NCBI GenBank assembly: GCA_041987645.1
Contig: JBHIWE010000001.1
Location: 10,407-74,406, forward strand
DNA from: Acidovorax sp.
Lineage (GTDB): Bacteria; Pseudomonadota; Gammaproteobacteria; Burkholderiales; Burkholderiaceae_C
DNA: 64,000 bases
Direction of reading: 5' to 3'
The notes beneath the pieces are model-generated. The model was not told where the DNA came from. It worked only from the letters and a program-made list of their open reading frames with translations, and made no database searches. The position numbers were made by a program, and so were the translations under genes. Below are positions 19,694-29,235 of this stretch, one piece after another (the first letter of the stretch is position 1; every line of letters begins with the position of its first letter).

Positions 19694-21642
19694 GTGCGAA
19701 CGACCCCGCCCCGGAAGTCGTCATGACCCTGCCGCAGAAGTTGTTCGCCCACGCCCGGGAACATCCCCAGTTGCTGGCGCAGCGCGTCAAACGCAAAGGT
19801 ATGTGGCGCTGCCATACATGGGCCGACGTGTTTGATCGAACGCGCAGCATTGCGCTTGGCGCGGCGGCGCAGGGCCTGCAGCGCGGCGAAACCGTGATCG
19901 TGATCGGCGAGAACGAACCCGAGCATTACTGGGCGCTGTTTGCGGCCCAGTCACTGGGCGCCAAAACCGTGTCGGTCTACCCGGATGCCACCGTCGACGA
20001 ATTGCATTACCTGTGCGAGGATTCAAAGGCCCGTTTCATCTTCGCGCAGGATCAGGAGCAGGTTGACAAGGCGCTCGCGCTGCTGGAGCGACTGCCTGAT
20101 ATCCAGGGCATCGCCTACTGGGACAACTCGGGCATGTGGTCGTACCGGCATCCGCTGCTGCAATCCTTTGATGACCTGACCGCTGAAGGTCGGCGTCAGC
20201 ACGAGAAGCACCCGCTGCGCTTCGAACGTGAAGTCAACGCCGGCCAGGCGGACGATCTGGCGCTACTGACCTACACCTCCGGCACCACCAGCAAGCCCAA
20301 GGGCGTGATGATCAGCCACCGTTGGCTGATGGACAACGCGGTTCGGATGAGGAGCGCGTTGCCGCTGCAATCCGGCATGGAATATTTGTCTTACACGCCG
20401 CTGGCCTGGATCACCGAGCAGTTGCTGGGTGTGACCCTCGGGCTGATCACGCCCCTGGTGGTCAACTTCCCGGAGGGCCCCGACCAGGTCTTGCCGAACT
20501 TGCGCGAACTCGCGCCACACATCGTGCTGTTCGGCCCGCGCCAATGGGAGAACATCGCCGCCACCATCGAGGCGCGCATGCTCGCAGCGAGTTGGATGGC
20601 GCGCGGCATCTACCGCTGGGGCATCCGCATCGGCCACGACGTGCATGTGGCGCGGCTCGAAGGGCGCACGGCACCGTGGCTGTCGCGCCTGCTGCTGCCG
20701 GTGGCCGAAGCGCTGGCCCTGCGTCCGGTGCGCGATCAGTTCGGCTTTGTTCGCAGCGACGTCGCGGTTTCAGGCGGCACCGCCATGGCGCCCGACGTGT
20801 TTCGTTTGTTTCACGCCATGGGCGTCCATTTGCGCAATATTTATGGCTGCTCGGAGTTTGGTCTGATTGCTGGCCACCGCGGCGAGCGCTACGACCTCGA
20901 AACCGTGGGCCCGCTGCTGGATGTGGACCCAGCCTTCGGCGCACCGCTGGAATCGCGCATCGAGGACAACGGCGAGCTGCTGCTGCGCGGCGGTACCGGC
21001 TTTCTCGGCTACTGGGGCAAGCTCGACAAGACCGCCAGCATCCAGCGCGACGGCTGGTACGTCAGCGGTGACGCAGTGCGCAAGACCGAGAGCGGAGAAC
21101 TCGTGTACCTCGACCGCGTGGAACACCTGGTCAAACTCGCCAGCGGTCACTCGTATCCCCCGCAGTTCATCGAGACGCGGTTGCGCTTTTCGCCCTTCAT
21201 CAAGGACGTGATGGTGCTGGGCGACGCCACCCGGCCCTGGGTTGGCGCGCTGATCAACATCGACATGGCGGTGACCAGCCGCTGGGCCGAGGAGCGGCGC
21301 ATCGCATTCTCCACCTTCACCGACCTGTCGCAACGGCCCGAGGTGCGGCAACTGGTGCAGGGCGAAATCCGCCGCATCAACAAACTGCTGCCAGAAAGCT
21401 CGCGGGTGGTGCGCTTCGCCAATTTTCCGAAGGAGCTCGATCCCGACGAAGGCGAACTCACCCGCACGCGCAAGCTGCGCCGAGAGTTTCTCGAGGTGCG
21501 CTATGGAGCGCTGATTGACGGACTGTATGCAGGTGTCGCCGACATTGCCTGCGAAATAGCCGTGACCTACCAGGACGGCCGCCAAGGCGCGTTGCGCGCA
21601 GCCGTGGTGGCCACCGACATTGAAGGAACACACACCCCATGA
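19690..21642 (+). CDS. Long-chain acyl-CoA ligase (AMP-binding), embedded in ABC system 1
   Basis: YTSGTTSKPKG, YGCSE, SGD, GELTRTRKLRR. Confidence 0.92.
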   Translation: MSANDPAPEVVMTLPQKLFAHAREHPQLLAQRVKRKGMWRCHTWADVFDRTRSIALGAAAQGLQRGETVIVIGENEPEHYWALFAAQSLGAKTVSVYPDATVDELHYLCEDSKARFIFAQDQEQVDKALALLERLPDIQGIAYWDNSGMWSYRHPLLQSFDDLTAEGRRQHEKHPLRFEREVNAGQADDLALLTYTSGTTSKPKGVMISHRWLMDNAVRMRSALPLQSGMEYLSYTPLAWITEQLLGVTLGLITPLVVNFPEGPDQVLPNLRELAPHIVLFGPRQWENIAATIEARMLAASWMARGIYRWGIRIGHDVHVARLEGRTAPWLSRLLLPVAEALALRPVRDQFGFVRSDVAVSGGTAMAPDVFRLFHAMGVHLRNIYGCSEFGLIAGHRGERYDLETVGPLLDVDPAFGAPLESRIEDNGELLLRGGTGFLGYWGKLDKTASIQRDGWYVSGDAVRKTESGELVYLDRVEHLVKLASGHSYPPQFIETRLRFSPFIKDVMVLGDATRPWVGALINIDMAVTSRWAEERRIAFSTFTDLSQRPEVRQLVQGEIRRINKLLPESSRVVRFANFPKELDPDEGELTRTRKLRREFLEVRYGALIDGLYAGVADIACEIAVTYQDGRQGALRAAVVATDIEGTHTP

Positions 21643-22526
21643 TCATCGAATTCATCAACTACACCATCAACGGCGCGCTGCTCGGCCTGCTGTATTCGCT
21701 GGTGGCAATGGGCTTTGTCGTCATCTACCGCGCCAGCAAGGTCTTCAACATGGCGATCGGCGAGATGATCGTGCTGGGCGCCTTCCTGCTGTGGTGGGCG
21801 ATCCAGTCGCGCGGCATGCATCCGGCGCTGGGCATCGCCGTTGCACTGGGCATTTCGGTGCTGATCGGACTGGCGATTGAACGCCTGTTGTTCAGGCGGC
21901 TGATTGGCGAGTCGGTGTTCTCGATGATCATGGTCACCATCGGGTTGCTGATCCTGATGCGCGGACTGGTGCTGGTGATCTGGGGCCCGCAGGAGCGCCA
22001 GTTCCCCGCCATCTTTCCCCTCACGCCCATCATCCTGGGCGAGATGATCATCCCGCGCTCGCTTGCCATCGGTGGCCTCATCGCGGTGGTGGCGGCTGTG
22101 GCGCTGCACTGGTTCTTCAACCGCAGCCGCACCGGGCTGGCGATGGCGGCGGTGGCCGAGGATCACCAGATCGCTCTGGCCATGGGCATTAGCGTGCGCC
22201 GCTCCATCGCCTTCGCCTGGGCGCTAAGCGGTGTGCTGTCGGTCATCACCTCGATGGTCTACCTGAGCGGCAAGTCGCTGACATTCCTGTCCTCCGAAAT
22301 CGGCTTCGCCGCCCTGCCGGTGGCCCTGCTGGCAGGGCTCGAATCCATCGGCGGCCTGCTGCTGGCGGGCATCATCGTCGGGGTCGTGCAGGGACTGACC
22401 GCCGCCTACATCGACCCGCTGATCGGTGGCAGTGCCGCTGCCGTCGTCCCCTATATCTTCATGCTGGTGGTGCTGGTTATTCGTCCGACCGGCATGTTCG
22501 GCTGGAAACGCATTGAAAGAGTCTGA
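21639..22526 (+). CDS. ABC permease (LivH-like), system 1
   Basis: Hydrophobic; YSLVAMGFVVIY, RPTGMFG. Confidence 0.92.
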   Translation: MIIEFINYTINGALLGLLYSLVAMGFVVIYRASKVFNMAIGEMIVLGAFLLWWAIQSRGMHPALGIAVALGISVLIGLAIERLLFRRLIGESVFSMIMVTIGLLILMRGLVLVIWGPQERQFPAIFPLTPIILGEMIIPRSLAIGGLIAVVAAVALHWFFNRSRTGLAMAAVAEDHQIALAMGISVRRSIAFAWALSGVLSVITSMVYLSGKSLTFLSSEIGFAALPVALLAGLESIGGLLLAGIIVGVVQGLTAAYIDPLIGGSAAAVVPYIFMLVVLVIRPTGMFGWKRIERV

Positions 22527-22529
22527 CCC

Positions 22530-23582
22530 ATGGATCCATCCGGCATTTTTTCCACCAGCTATGCGCGCGACCGCGCGCTGATCCGCACGCGCGCCCAGTG
22601 GGTCACCCTGGCGCTGTTCATTGTCATTCTGCTGATCCTCCCCTGGTTCGCCTCGGAGCGTCTGGTAGCCGTAGCCAACCTGATGCTGGTCACGTCCATC
22701 GTGGTGGTCGGGCTGCAAATCACCACCGGCTACGCCGGGCAGATCAACCTGGGCCAGGCTGCCTTCATGGGGGTCGGTGCCTACGCCGCCAGTGTGGTCG
22801 AGGTCAAGGCCGGGCTGCCGTTCTGGGTGGCAGTGCCGGTTGCCGGCCTGGTGGCTGCGCTGGCCGGTTGGCTGTTCGGCATGACAGCGAAACGCATCAA
22901 GGGTTTCTACCTCGCACTGACCACCATCGCGGCCCAGTTCATCTTCCACTTCGTTGTCCTGAACCTGCCCTCATCCTGGCTCGGCGGCGTCAATGGTTTC
23001 AGCCTGGAGCCTGCGAGGCTGGGCACATTTTTGTTCAACACCGACCGTTCTCTGTATTACCTGTTTCTTGTCGTCACCATGGTGATGGTATTCGGCGCTT
23101 TCGGCATCCTGCGCAGTCGCCACGGGCGCGCCTTCGTCGCCGTGCGCGACGACGATGTGGCCGCCGGCATGATGGGCATCGACGTGGCCGGCGCCAAGTC
23201 GCGCGCCTTTGTGCTCGGCGCTTTTTACGCTGGCATCGGCGGTGCCCTGTGGGCCTACCAGGTGCGCTTCGTCTCGGTCGACCAGTTCACGCTGTTCAAC
23301 TCGATCTGGTTCATTGCCATGATGATCGTCGGCGGGCTCGGTTCGATCGTCGGGGCACTGATCGGCACCGTGCTCATCCGGGGCGTCCAAGAAGTCATCA
23401 CCAGTCTGGGCCCCGACCTGGTCGAGCGAATTCCCAGCCTGAGCAGCGACCTGATCTTCGCCAGCATGAATGTGTTTCTCGGCCTCATCATCACGCTGTT
23501 CCTGCTGCTTGAACCGAAAGGCCTGATGCACCGCTGGAACATCCTGAAAGCCAACTACCGGCTCTGGCCGTTTCACCACTGA
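22530..23582 (+). CDS. ABC permease (LivM-like), system 1
   Basis: GYAGQINLGQAAF, GFYLALTT, GGLGS, EPKGL..WPF. Confidence 0.92.
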   Translation: MDPSGIFSTSYARDRALIRTRAQWVTLALFIVILLILPWFASERLVAVANLMLVTSIVVVGLQITTGYAGQINLGQAAFMGVGAYAASVVEVKAGLPFWVAVPVAGLVAALAGWLFGMTAKRIKGFYLALTTIAAQFIFHFVVLNLPSSWLGGVNGFSLEPARLGTFLFNTDRSLYYLFLVVTMVMVFGAFGILRSRHGRAFVAVRDDDVAAGMMGIDVAGAKSRAFVLGAFYAGIGGALWAYQVRFVSVDQFTLFNSIWFIAMMIVGGLGSIVGALIGTVLIRGVQEVITSLGPDLVERIPSLSSDLIFASMNVFLGLIITLFLLLEPKGLMHRWNILKANYRLWPFHH

Positions 23583-23653
23583 GCCCGCCCGGCACAGCGA
23601 GTCGCAATTCCCCCCGCCCCTTTTCCTCACCACCACCACAACTGGAGACAAGC

Positions 23654-24883
23654 ATGCAACGCAAAACCTTTCTGAAACTCACGACCGCCCTGGCCACTGG
23701 CCTGCTGCTGAACGCGCCCGCCCACGCGCAAACGACGACGATCAACGTGGCCGCCTTTGCCGACTTCGCCGGCCCCTACGCCAACGTCATGCCACAGATG
23801 CAAGGCGGGCGACTCGCCGTGATCGAGTGGTGGAACAAGGAAGTCGGTAGCAAGCTCAACGTGCAGATCGTCGTCAAAACCTTCGACACGCGCTACGACG
23901 TGGCTCAAACCGCCAGCCTGTGGCCCGGCATCAAGGCCGAAGTCAAACCCGCGCTCCTGCTCGGCCTCGGCGGCCCGGATGCCGCCGCGCTGCAGCAACG
24001 CTTGCCGGAAGACAAGATCCCCATGCTCATGAGCACCGCCACCTACGGCTTCGGCTGGAAACCCAACCAATGGGCCCTGAACCTGCGCCCCACCTACGCC
24101 CATGAGGCGGGCGGATTCCTGGAATGGTTCCGCACCACCAAACTCGATGGCAAGCGCCCTGTCAAGGTTGCGATCATCACCTCCGAAGCCACCCCCGCTT
24201 ATGCCGACATGGCCAAGGGCCTGCAAAGCTACACCAAGGCCAACCCGGACAAAGCCACCTTCGTCGAGGCGGTCTGGACCGAAGTGCAACCGGCCGACGT
24301 GACCCTGGCAGTGCGTCGCTTGGTCAACGCTGGCACCGACGTGATCGTGATCCAGACCAACACCGCGCAGGCCGTGGCCACCAAGCGTGCGCTGCAGGCG
24401 TTGGGTAAAAACGTCCCGATCATGCTCTCGCTGCACAACAGCTTGGTGGGATCATCCAAGGCACTGGGCGACCCGAACGGCTTTGCCGGTGATTTCGAGG
24501 TGGGTGCCATCGCCGATGCCAGCGAAAGTGACTCGACCGCACGCGAGTTCTACAGCATGTTGCAGGAAAAGCACGGCCTGAAATCGACCTGGAATGCCAT
24601 GACCATCATGGGTCTTGGACAAACCATCGTGGCCGTGCGCGCGATTGAAGCCACCATCAAGGCCAAGGGCGCCGGCAAAGTCACCGGTGAATCCGTGCGC
24701 GAGACCTTGATGAACAGCCAGTTCACCAGCAACGACCTGATGGGCATACTGCCAGGCGCGGACTTCAGCAACGACAACCCCTTCCCCACCGGCACCGCCA
24801 AGGTCAACATCGTGACCATGAAGGACGGCAAGGTCGTTCGGGCGGCGGGCGATGTGGCCGTCCCAATGGTGCCCAAATGGTGA
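23654..24883 (+). CDS. ABC substrate-binding protein (type I periplasmic binding fold), system 1
   Basis: Signal peptide ending AHA|Q; DFAGPYA, DTRYD; position within the Liv operon; GGAG RBS. Confidence 0.85.
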   Translation: MQRKTFLKLTTALATGLLLNAPAHAQTTTINVAAFADFAGPYANVMPQMQGGRLAVIEWWNKEVGSKLNVQIVVKTFDTRYDVAQTASLWPGIKAEVKPALLLGLGGPDAAALQQRLPEDKIPMLMSTATYGFGWKPNQWALNLRPTYAHEAGGFLEWFRTTKLDGKRPVKVAIITSEATPAYADMAKGLQSYTKANPDKATFVEAVWTEVQPADVTLAVRRLVNAGTDVIVIQTNTAQAVATKRALQALGKNVPIMLSLHNSLVGSSKALGDPNGFAGDFEVGAIADASESDSTAREFYSMLQEKHGLKSTWNAMTIMGLGQTIVAVRAIEATIKAKGAGKVTGESVRETLMNSQFTSNDLMGILPGADFSNDNPFPTGTAKVNIVTMKDGKVVRAAGDVAVPMVPKW

Positions 24884-25737
24884 ATTCAGCCCTTGCTGCA
24901 GCACCGGATCAACGGACCACGCCCGATGCGGCCGCCAATCCGGCGGTGCTGACGCTGTCCAACGTCGAGGTGCTGTATGCCGAGGTGATCCTGGCGCTCA
25001 AGGGCATGTCGATGCAGGTCCCCGAAGGCGGATGTGTGGCGCTGCTGGGCGCCAACGGCGCAGGCAAGAGCACCACCCTCAAGGCCATCTCCGGCGTCAT
25101 TGACTCGGAAGATGGCCGCGTCTCAGGGGGGACGATCACCTTCGACGGCCGACCGATTCAGGGGCACGACCCGGCGACCGTGGTGCGCGGTGGTCTGGTT
25201 CATGTGATGGAAGGCCGGCGCGTGCTGCAGCACATGACGGTCGAGCAAAACCTCATCATCGGCGGCCACATGTTTCCATCGGCGCAGGCGATGCGCCGGG
25301 CGATGGACAGCGTGTACGAAGCGATTCCGCGCCTGGCCGACCTGCGAAAACGCACGGCCGGTTATCTGTCGGGCGGCGAGCAGCAAATGCTGGTGATCGG
25401 GCGCGCGATCATGGCCGAGCCGAAACTCATGCTGATCGACGAGCCGTCACTCGGGCTGGCGCCGCGCATGGTCGAGGAAGTCTTCAGCGTGCTGCGCCAC
25501 CTGCGTGAGCAGGGGCTGTCGCTGCTCATCGTCGAACAAAACACACGCGTGGCCCTGGAGATCGCCGACTATGGTTATGTCATGGAGAGCGGTCGCATCG
25601 TGCTGGAGGGGCAGGCCCAGGAACTCCGCGACAACGAGGATGTGCGCGAGTTTTATCTCGGCCTGGACCGCGAGGGGGTGCGCAAGAGTTTCCGAGAGGT
25701 CAAGCACTACAAGCGGCGCAAGCGCTGGCTGGGGTAA
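24877..25737 (+). CDS. ABC transporter ATP-binding protein (LivF-like), system 1
   Basis: GANGAGKST, LSGGEQQM, DEPSLGLAP; tail KHYKRRKRWLG. Confidence 0.93.
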   Translation: MVNSALAAAPDQRTTPDAAANPAVLTLSNVEVLYAEVILALKGMSMQVPEGGCVALLGANGAGKSTTLKAISGVIDSEDGRVSGGTITFDGRPIQGHDPATVVRGGLVHVMEGRRVLQHMTVEQNLIIGGHMFPSAQAMRRAMDSVYEAIPRLADLRKRTAGYLSGGEQQMLVIGRAIMAEPKLMLIDEPSLGLAPRMVEEVFSVLRHLREQGLSLLIVEQNTRVALEIADYGYVMESGRIVLEGQAQELRDNEDVREFYLGLDREGVRKSFREVKHYKRRKRWLG

Positions 25738-25784
25738 CAAACGGCTGGCTTGTGGTTCAAATTCAGTTTCAGGAGTAACGACAA

Positions 25785-26885
25785 ATGAGTGGTCCCTTGC
25801 AGGGGTTGAAAGTTATCGAGTTCGGCGGCATCGGCCCCGGACCGTTCTGCGCGATGATGCTGTCCGACATGGGTGCGGATGTGATCCGCCTGGACCGCAA
25901 GGCCGACAAGGGCAAAGACCGCGGGGAAGGCGCCTTCCTGGCCAGTGGTCGGCGCAGCGTGCTGCACCGCGGCCGGCGTTCGGTGGCGGTCGATCTGAAG
26001 TCACCCGCAGACGTACAGCGGGTGCTGGAGCTGGTCGACGGGGCCGACGCAATCATCGAGGGTTTTCGCCCGGGCGTGATGGAGCGGCTGGGATTGGGCC
26101 CGGACGTGCTGCTGGCACGCCACCCGCGACTCGTCTACGGACGCATGACCGGCTGGGGTCAGGACGGCCCGCTCGCGCAGGCCGCCGGGCATGACATCAA
26201 CTACATTGCGCTGTCGGGCGCGCTTAGCATGATTGGCCGCTCGGACGGCGGGCCAGTAGCGCCGCCGGCGATGGTTGGCGACCTGGGCGGCGGCGGCATG
26301 ATTCTAGCCTTTGGCATCGTTTGCGCTTTGCTTGAAGCGCGCTCCTCTGGCCATGGTCAGGTGGTCGATGCTGCGATCACCGACGGCGCTGCGCTGCTGA
26401 CCTCCATCGTCTGCGACCTCAAGGCGCTGGGAATGTGGAAGAATGAGCGGCAGGCCAACCTGTTGGATGGCGGATCGCATTTCTACGACACCTATGAGTG
26501 CGCTGACGGGAAATGGATCTCGATCGCATCACTGGAACCCCAATTCTATGTGCTGCTGCTGGAGAAGCTGGGCATCAGCGATCCCGAGTTTCAACGGCAA
26601 CGCGATCCGGCCGTCTGGCCGACACTCAAACGCCAGGTCACCGACATCTTCCGCTCCCAGCCGAGCACGCACTGGTGTGCGTTGCTGGAAGGGACCGACG
26701 TGTGCTTTGCGCCGGTGCTGACTCTGGAAGAGGCTGCACATCATCCACACAACAGCGCGCGCGGCACTTTCTTTGAGCGAGACGGCGTGCTCCAACCTTC
26801 GCCGGCACCAAGGTTCAGCCGGACGGTGACTGATCGCCCAGGCCCCGCACCGTTCATTGGCGAACACGACGACGAACTCTTGTAG
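25785..26885 (+). CDS. Alpha-methylacyl-CoA racemase-like family III CoA-transferase
   Basis: GIGPGPFCAMML, EGFRPGVMERLGLGP, GRMTGWGQ.GP, AGHDINY, NLLDGG. Confidence 0.88.
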   Translation: MSGPLQGLKVIEFGGIGPGPFCAMMLSDMGADVIRLDRKADKGKDRGEGAFLASGRRSVLHRGRRSVAVDLKSPADVQRVLELVDGADAIIEGFRPGVMERLGLGPDVLLARHPRLVYGRMTGWGQDGPLAQAAGHDINYIALSGALSMIGRSDGGPVAPPAMVGDLGGGGMILAFGIVCALLEARSSGHGQVVDAAITDGAALLTSIVCDLKALGMWKNERQANLLDGGSHFYDTYECADGKWISIASLEPQFYVLLLEKLGISDPEFQRQRDPAVWPTLKRQVTDIFRSQPSTHWCALLEGTDVCFAPVLTLEEAAHHPHNSARGTFFERDGVLQPSPAPRFSRTVTDRPGPAPFIGEHDDELL

Positions 26886-27049
26886 TCGAAGAATGGTGGG
26901 GGCTGGGGAAAACGGACCACAGGCATTCGACGCAGTTTCAGCCCGACCAAATCGAACGCATCAACCGCGAGCTGAAAATCCTTCCGCCGCCCGATGATCA
27001 TTTGCATTGAGCGGCAGTGCTTTGCCGGGCGGTCTCCGCCGAGCACCGA

Positions 27050-27493
27050 TCAGACCGCTTTGACCAGTGACTTGGTGTAGATGCGGTAGGTGCCGATGCC
27101 GCGCGACACGATGTCTCCGTCGAGTGCGTCGAGCGTGACCTTCACCGACACATAGGCCAGCGTCTTGCCGATGTGGTCAGGCGTTGCCGATGCAAACAGA
27201 ATTCCTGTGCCGACCGCACGCATGAAATCCACGGTGAGCGTGACCGTTACCGACGACTGGATGAGCTGGCCGCTGCCCGGGATCGGCCGGTCGATCAGGG
27301 TTCTGCCCCCGACCGCATCGAGCAAGGTCAGGGGCACGCCGCCGTGGAGCACGCCGTGGGGGTTGAGGTGGTCGCGCCGGATCGGCAGCCGGAAATACAG
27401 GCCGCGCTCGTTGTGCAGGATGTCGTACCCGACGAGCTGCTGAAAAGGCCCGTGGGAGTATGTTGCCGACGGAAGAGGGGGCTGTGAGGTCAC
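27050..27493 (-). CDS. PaaI-family thioesterase
   Basis: HLNPHGVLHGG..TLLD hot-dog motif; GTG 27493 overlaps the upstream stop (GTGA). Confidence 0.85.
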   Translation of the reverse strand: MTSQPPLPSATYSHGPFQQLVGYDILHNERGLYFRLPIRRDHLNPHGVLHGGVPLTLLDAVGGRTLIDRPIPGSGQLIQSSVTVTLTVDFMRAVGTGILFASATPDHIGKTLAYVSVKVTLDALDGDIVSRGIGTYRIYTKSLVKAV

Positions 27494-28368
27494 TCTTGAT
27501 CGACCTTGAAGTAGTCGGGTTTTCCGGCTGGCCAGAACTCGCCCCACAGCAGCATCCCGCCTTCGACGTTGAGCACCTCGCCGGTGATGAACTTGCCCGA
27601 GGGTGCGGCGAGGTAGACCACCGCCTCCGCGATGTCTTGCACGTCGCCGGCCCGTTTCATCGGATTGCACGAGTAGAAAGTGGAAACGTTTTCTTCGCGG
27701 TAGTTGTTGAAACCGTTGCTCTCGATGGCGCCGGCGCCAATGCAGTTCAGGCGGATGCCGTGCTCTGCCCACTCGATGGCCAGCGTGCGCGACAGCGCGA
27801 TGACGCCCGCGCGCGAGGCGGTGGTGTGCGCCATGCCCGTGAGGCCGCGGTCGATGGCGGCGGTGATGTTGACGATGTTGCCGGGCCGGCCTTGCTCCAC
27901 CCAGCGCCTGGCCGCGCCCTGCATCATGTACCAGCTGCCATTGAGGTTGGTGTCGATCACCGCGTTCCAGCCCTTGACGTTGAAGTCCATCGCATGGGCG
28001 GCATACTGGCCGCCAGCGTTGTTGACCAGCACGTCGACGCCGCCCAAACGTTCCCACACGGCACTGAGCATGGCGTCCACCTGCTCGGGGTCGCGGATGG
28101 TCATCGGGTAGGTGAATACCTCACGGCCCGACAGCGCGCGCAGTTTTTCGGCGCAGTCCTCGAGTTTGTCGGCCTTGCGCCCGCAGATGGCGAGCGTGGC
28201 ACCCAGCCGCGCGAACAGGAAGGCAATCGCCTTGCCGATGCCGCTGCCGGCGCCCGACACCAGCACCACTTTGCCGGCGAAAAGGTCGTCGCGATAGACC
28301 GTCGGGAGTGCGGCCAGGGCCTCGTCGCCCGGGCCGAACTTGGGGTGTTGCGAGTCAGCCGAATTCAT
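27490..28368 (-). CDS. SDR, AtuB / enoyl(dienoyl)-CoA reductase-like
   Basis: SGAGSGIG, NNAGGQ, AHTTASRAG (no YxxxK). Confidence 0.88.
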   Translation of the reverse strand: MNSADSQHPKFGPGDEALAALPTVYRDDLFAGKVVLVSGAGSGIGKAIAFLFARLGATLAICGRKADKLEDCAEKLRALSGREVFTYPMTIRDPEQVDAMLSAVWERLGGVDVLVNNAGGQYAAHAMDFNVKGWNAVIDTNLNGSWYMMQGAARRWVEQGRPGNIVNITAAIDRGLTGMAHTTASRAGVIALSRTLAIEWAEHGIRLNCIGAGAIESNGFNNYREENVSTFYSCNPMKRAGDVQDIAEAVVYLAAPSGKFITGEVLNVEGGMLLWGEFWPAGKPDYFKVDQE

Positions 28369-29228
28369 GTGTTCACCTTGAAGTAATCGGGTTTGGCGAT
28401 GGTCCAGACTTCGCCCCAGAGCACGCCGCCGCCATCCACCGTGAGCAGTTCGCCGGTGACGAACTTGCCACTGGGCGCGCTGAGGTAGACCGCAGCCTCC
28501 GCTACGTCCTGCACGTCACCGACATGCTTCATCGGGTTGGCTCCGGCGAAGGCCTTCACGGCCTCGGGGGTGTACTGACGGAAGCCGGTGCTGGCGATCG
28601 CTCCCGGCGCAATGCAATTGACGCGGATGCCATACTGCGCCCACTCCACTGCAACAGTTTTGGACAGGTGAGTCACCGCGGCGCGCGCGGCGCAGGTGTG
28701 GGCAACGCCCGGCATGCCGCGCTGAAAGGTGGCGACGATGTTGACGATGTTGCCCTGTGTGCCTGTGTCGCGCCAGCGGCGGGCCAGCGCGTGCATCATG
28801 TACCAGGTGCCGTTCAGGTTGGTATCGATCACCGCTTTCCAGCCCTTGACGCTATAGTCGAGCGCGCGCTGGGGGAACTGTCCACCGGCATTGTTGACCA
28901 TCACGTCGACGCGTCCGAAGTGCCGCCAAGCCGCGTCCATAAATTGCTCGATCTGCTCGGCATCGCGGATGTTGGTGGGTTGCACCAGCACTTCGGGGCT
29001 GCCCAGACGGCGCAGCCGCTCGGCGCAGTCTTCGAGCTTGACCAGGTCGCGCCCGCAGATGGCCAGTTTGGCGCCCAGTCGCGCGTACAGAAAGGCGATG
29101 GCCTTGCCGATGCCGCTGCCGGCACCGCTGACCATTACCACCTGGCCATCGAACAGGCCAGGTTGGTAGACGGTCGGTCGGGTCGAGAGTGTCTCATCGT
29201 CAAAGCCGAAGCTGGTGGGTGTTGTCAT
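28365..29228 (-). CDS. SDR, AtuB-like; tandem paralog of the gene at 27490-28368
   Basis: VYQPGLFDGQ, NNAGGQFP, GMPGVAHTCAARAA; ATG 29228. Confidence 0.88.
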   Translation of the reverse strand: MTTPTSFGFDDETLSTRPTVYQPGLFDGQVVMVSGAGSGIGKAIAFLYARLGAKLAICGRDLVKLEDCAERLRRLGSPEVLVQPTNIRDAEQIEQFMDAAWRHFGRVDVMVNNAGGQFPQRALDYSVKGWKAVIDTNLNGTWYMMHALARRWRDTGTQGNIVNIVATFQRGMPGVAHTCAARAAVTHLSKTVAVEWAQYGIRVNCIAPGAIASTGFRQYTPEAVKAFAGANPMKHVGDVQDVAEAAVYLSAPSGKFVTGELLTVDGGGVLWGEVWTIAKPDYFKVNT

Positions 29229-29235
29229 GGGTACT

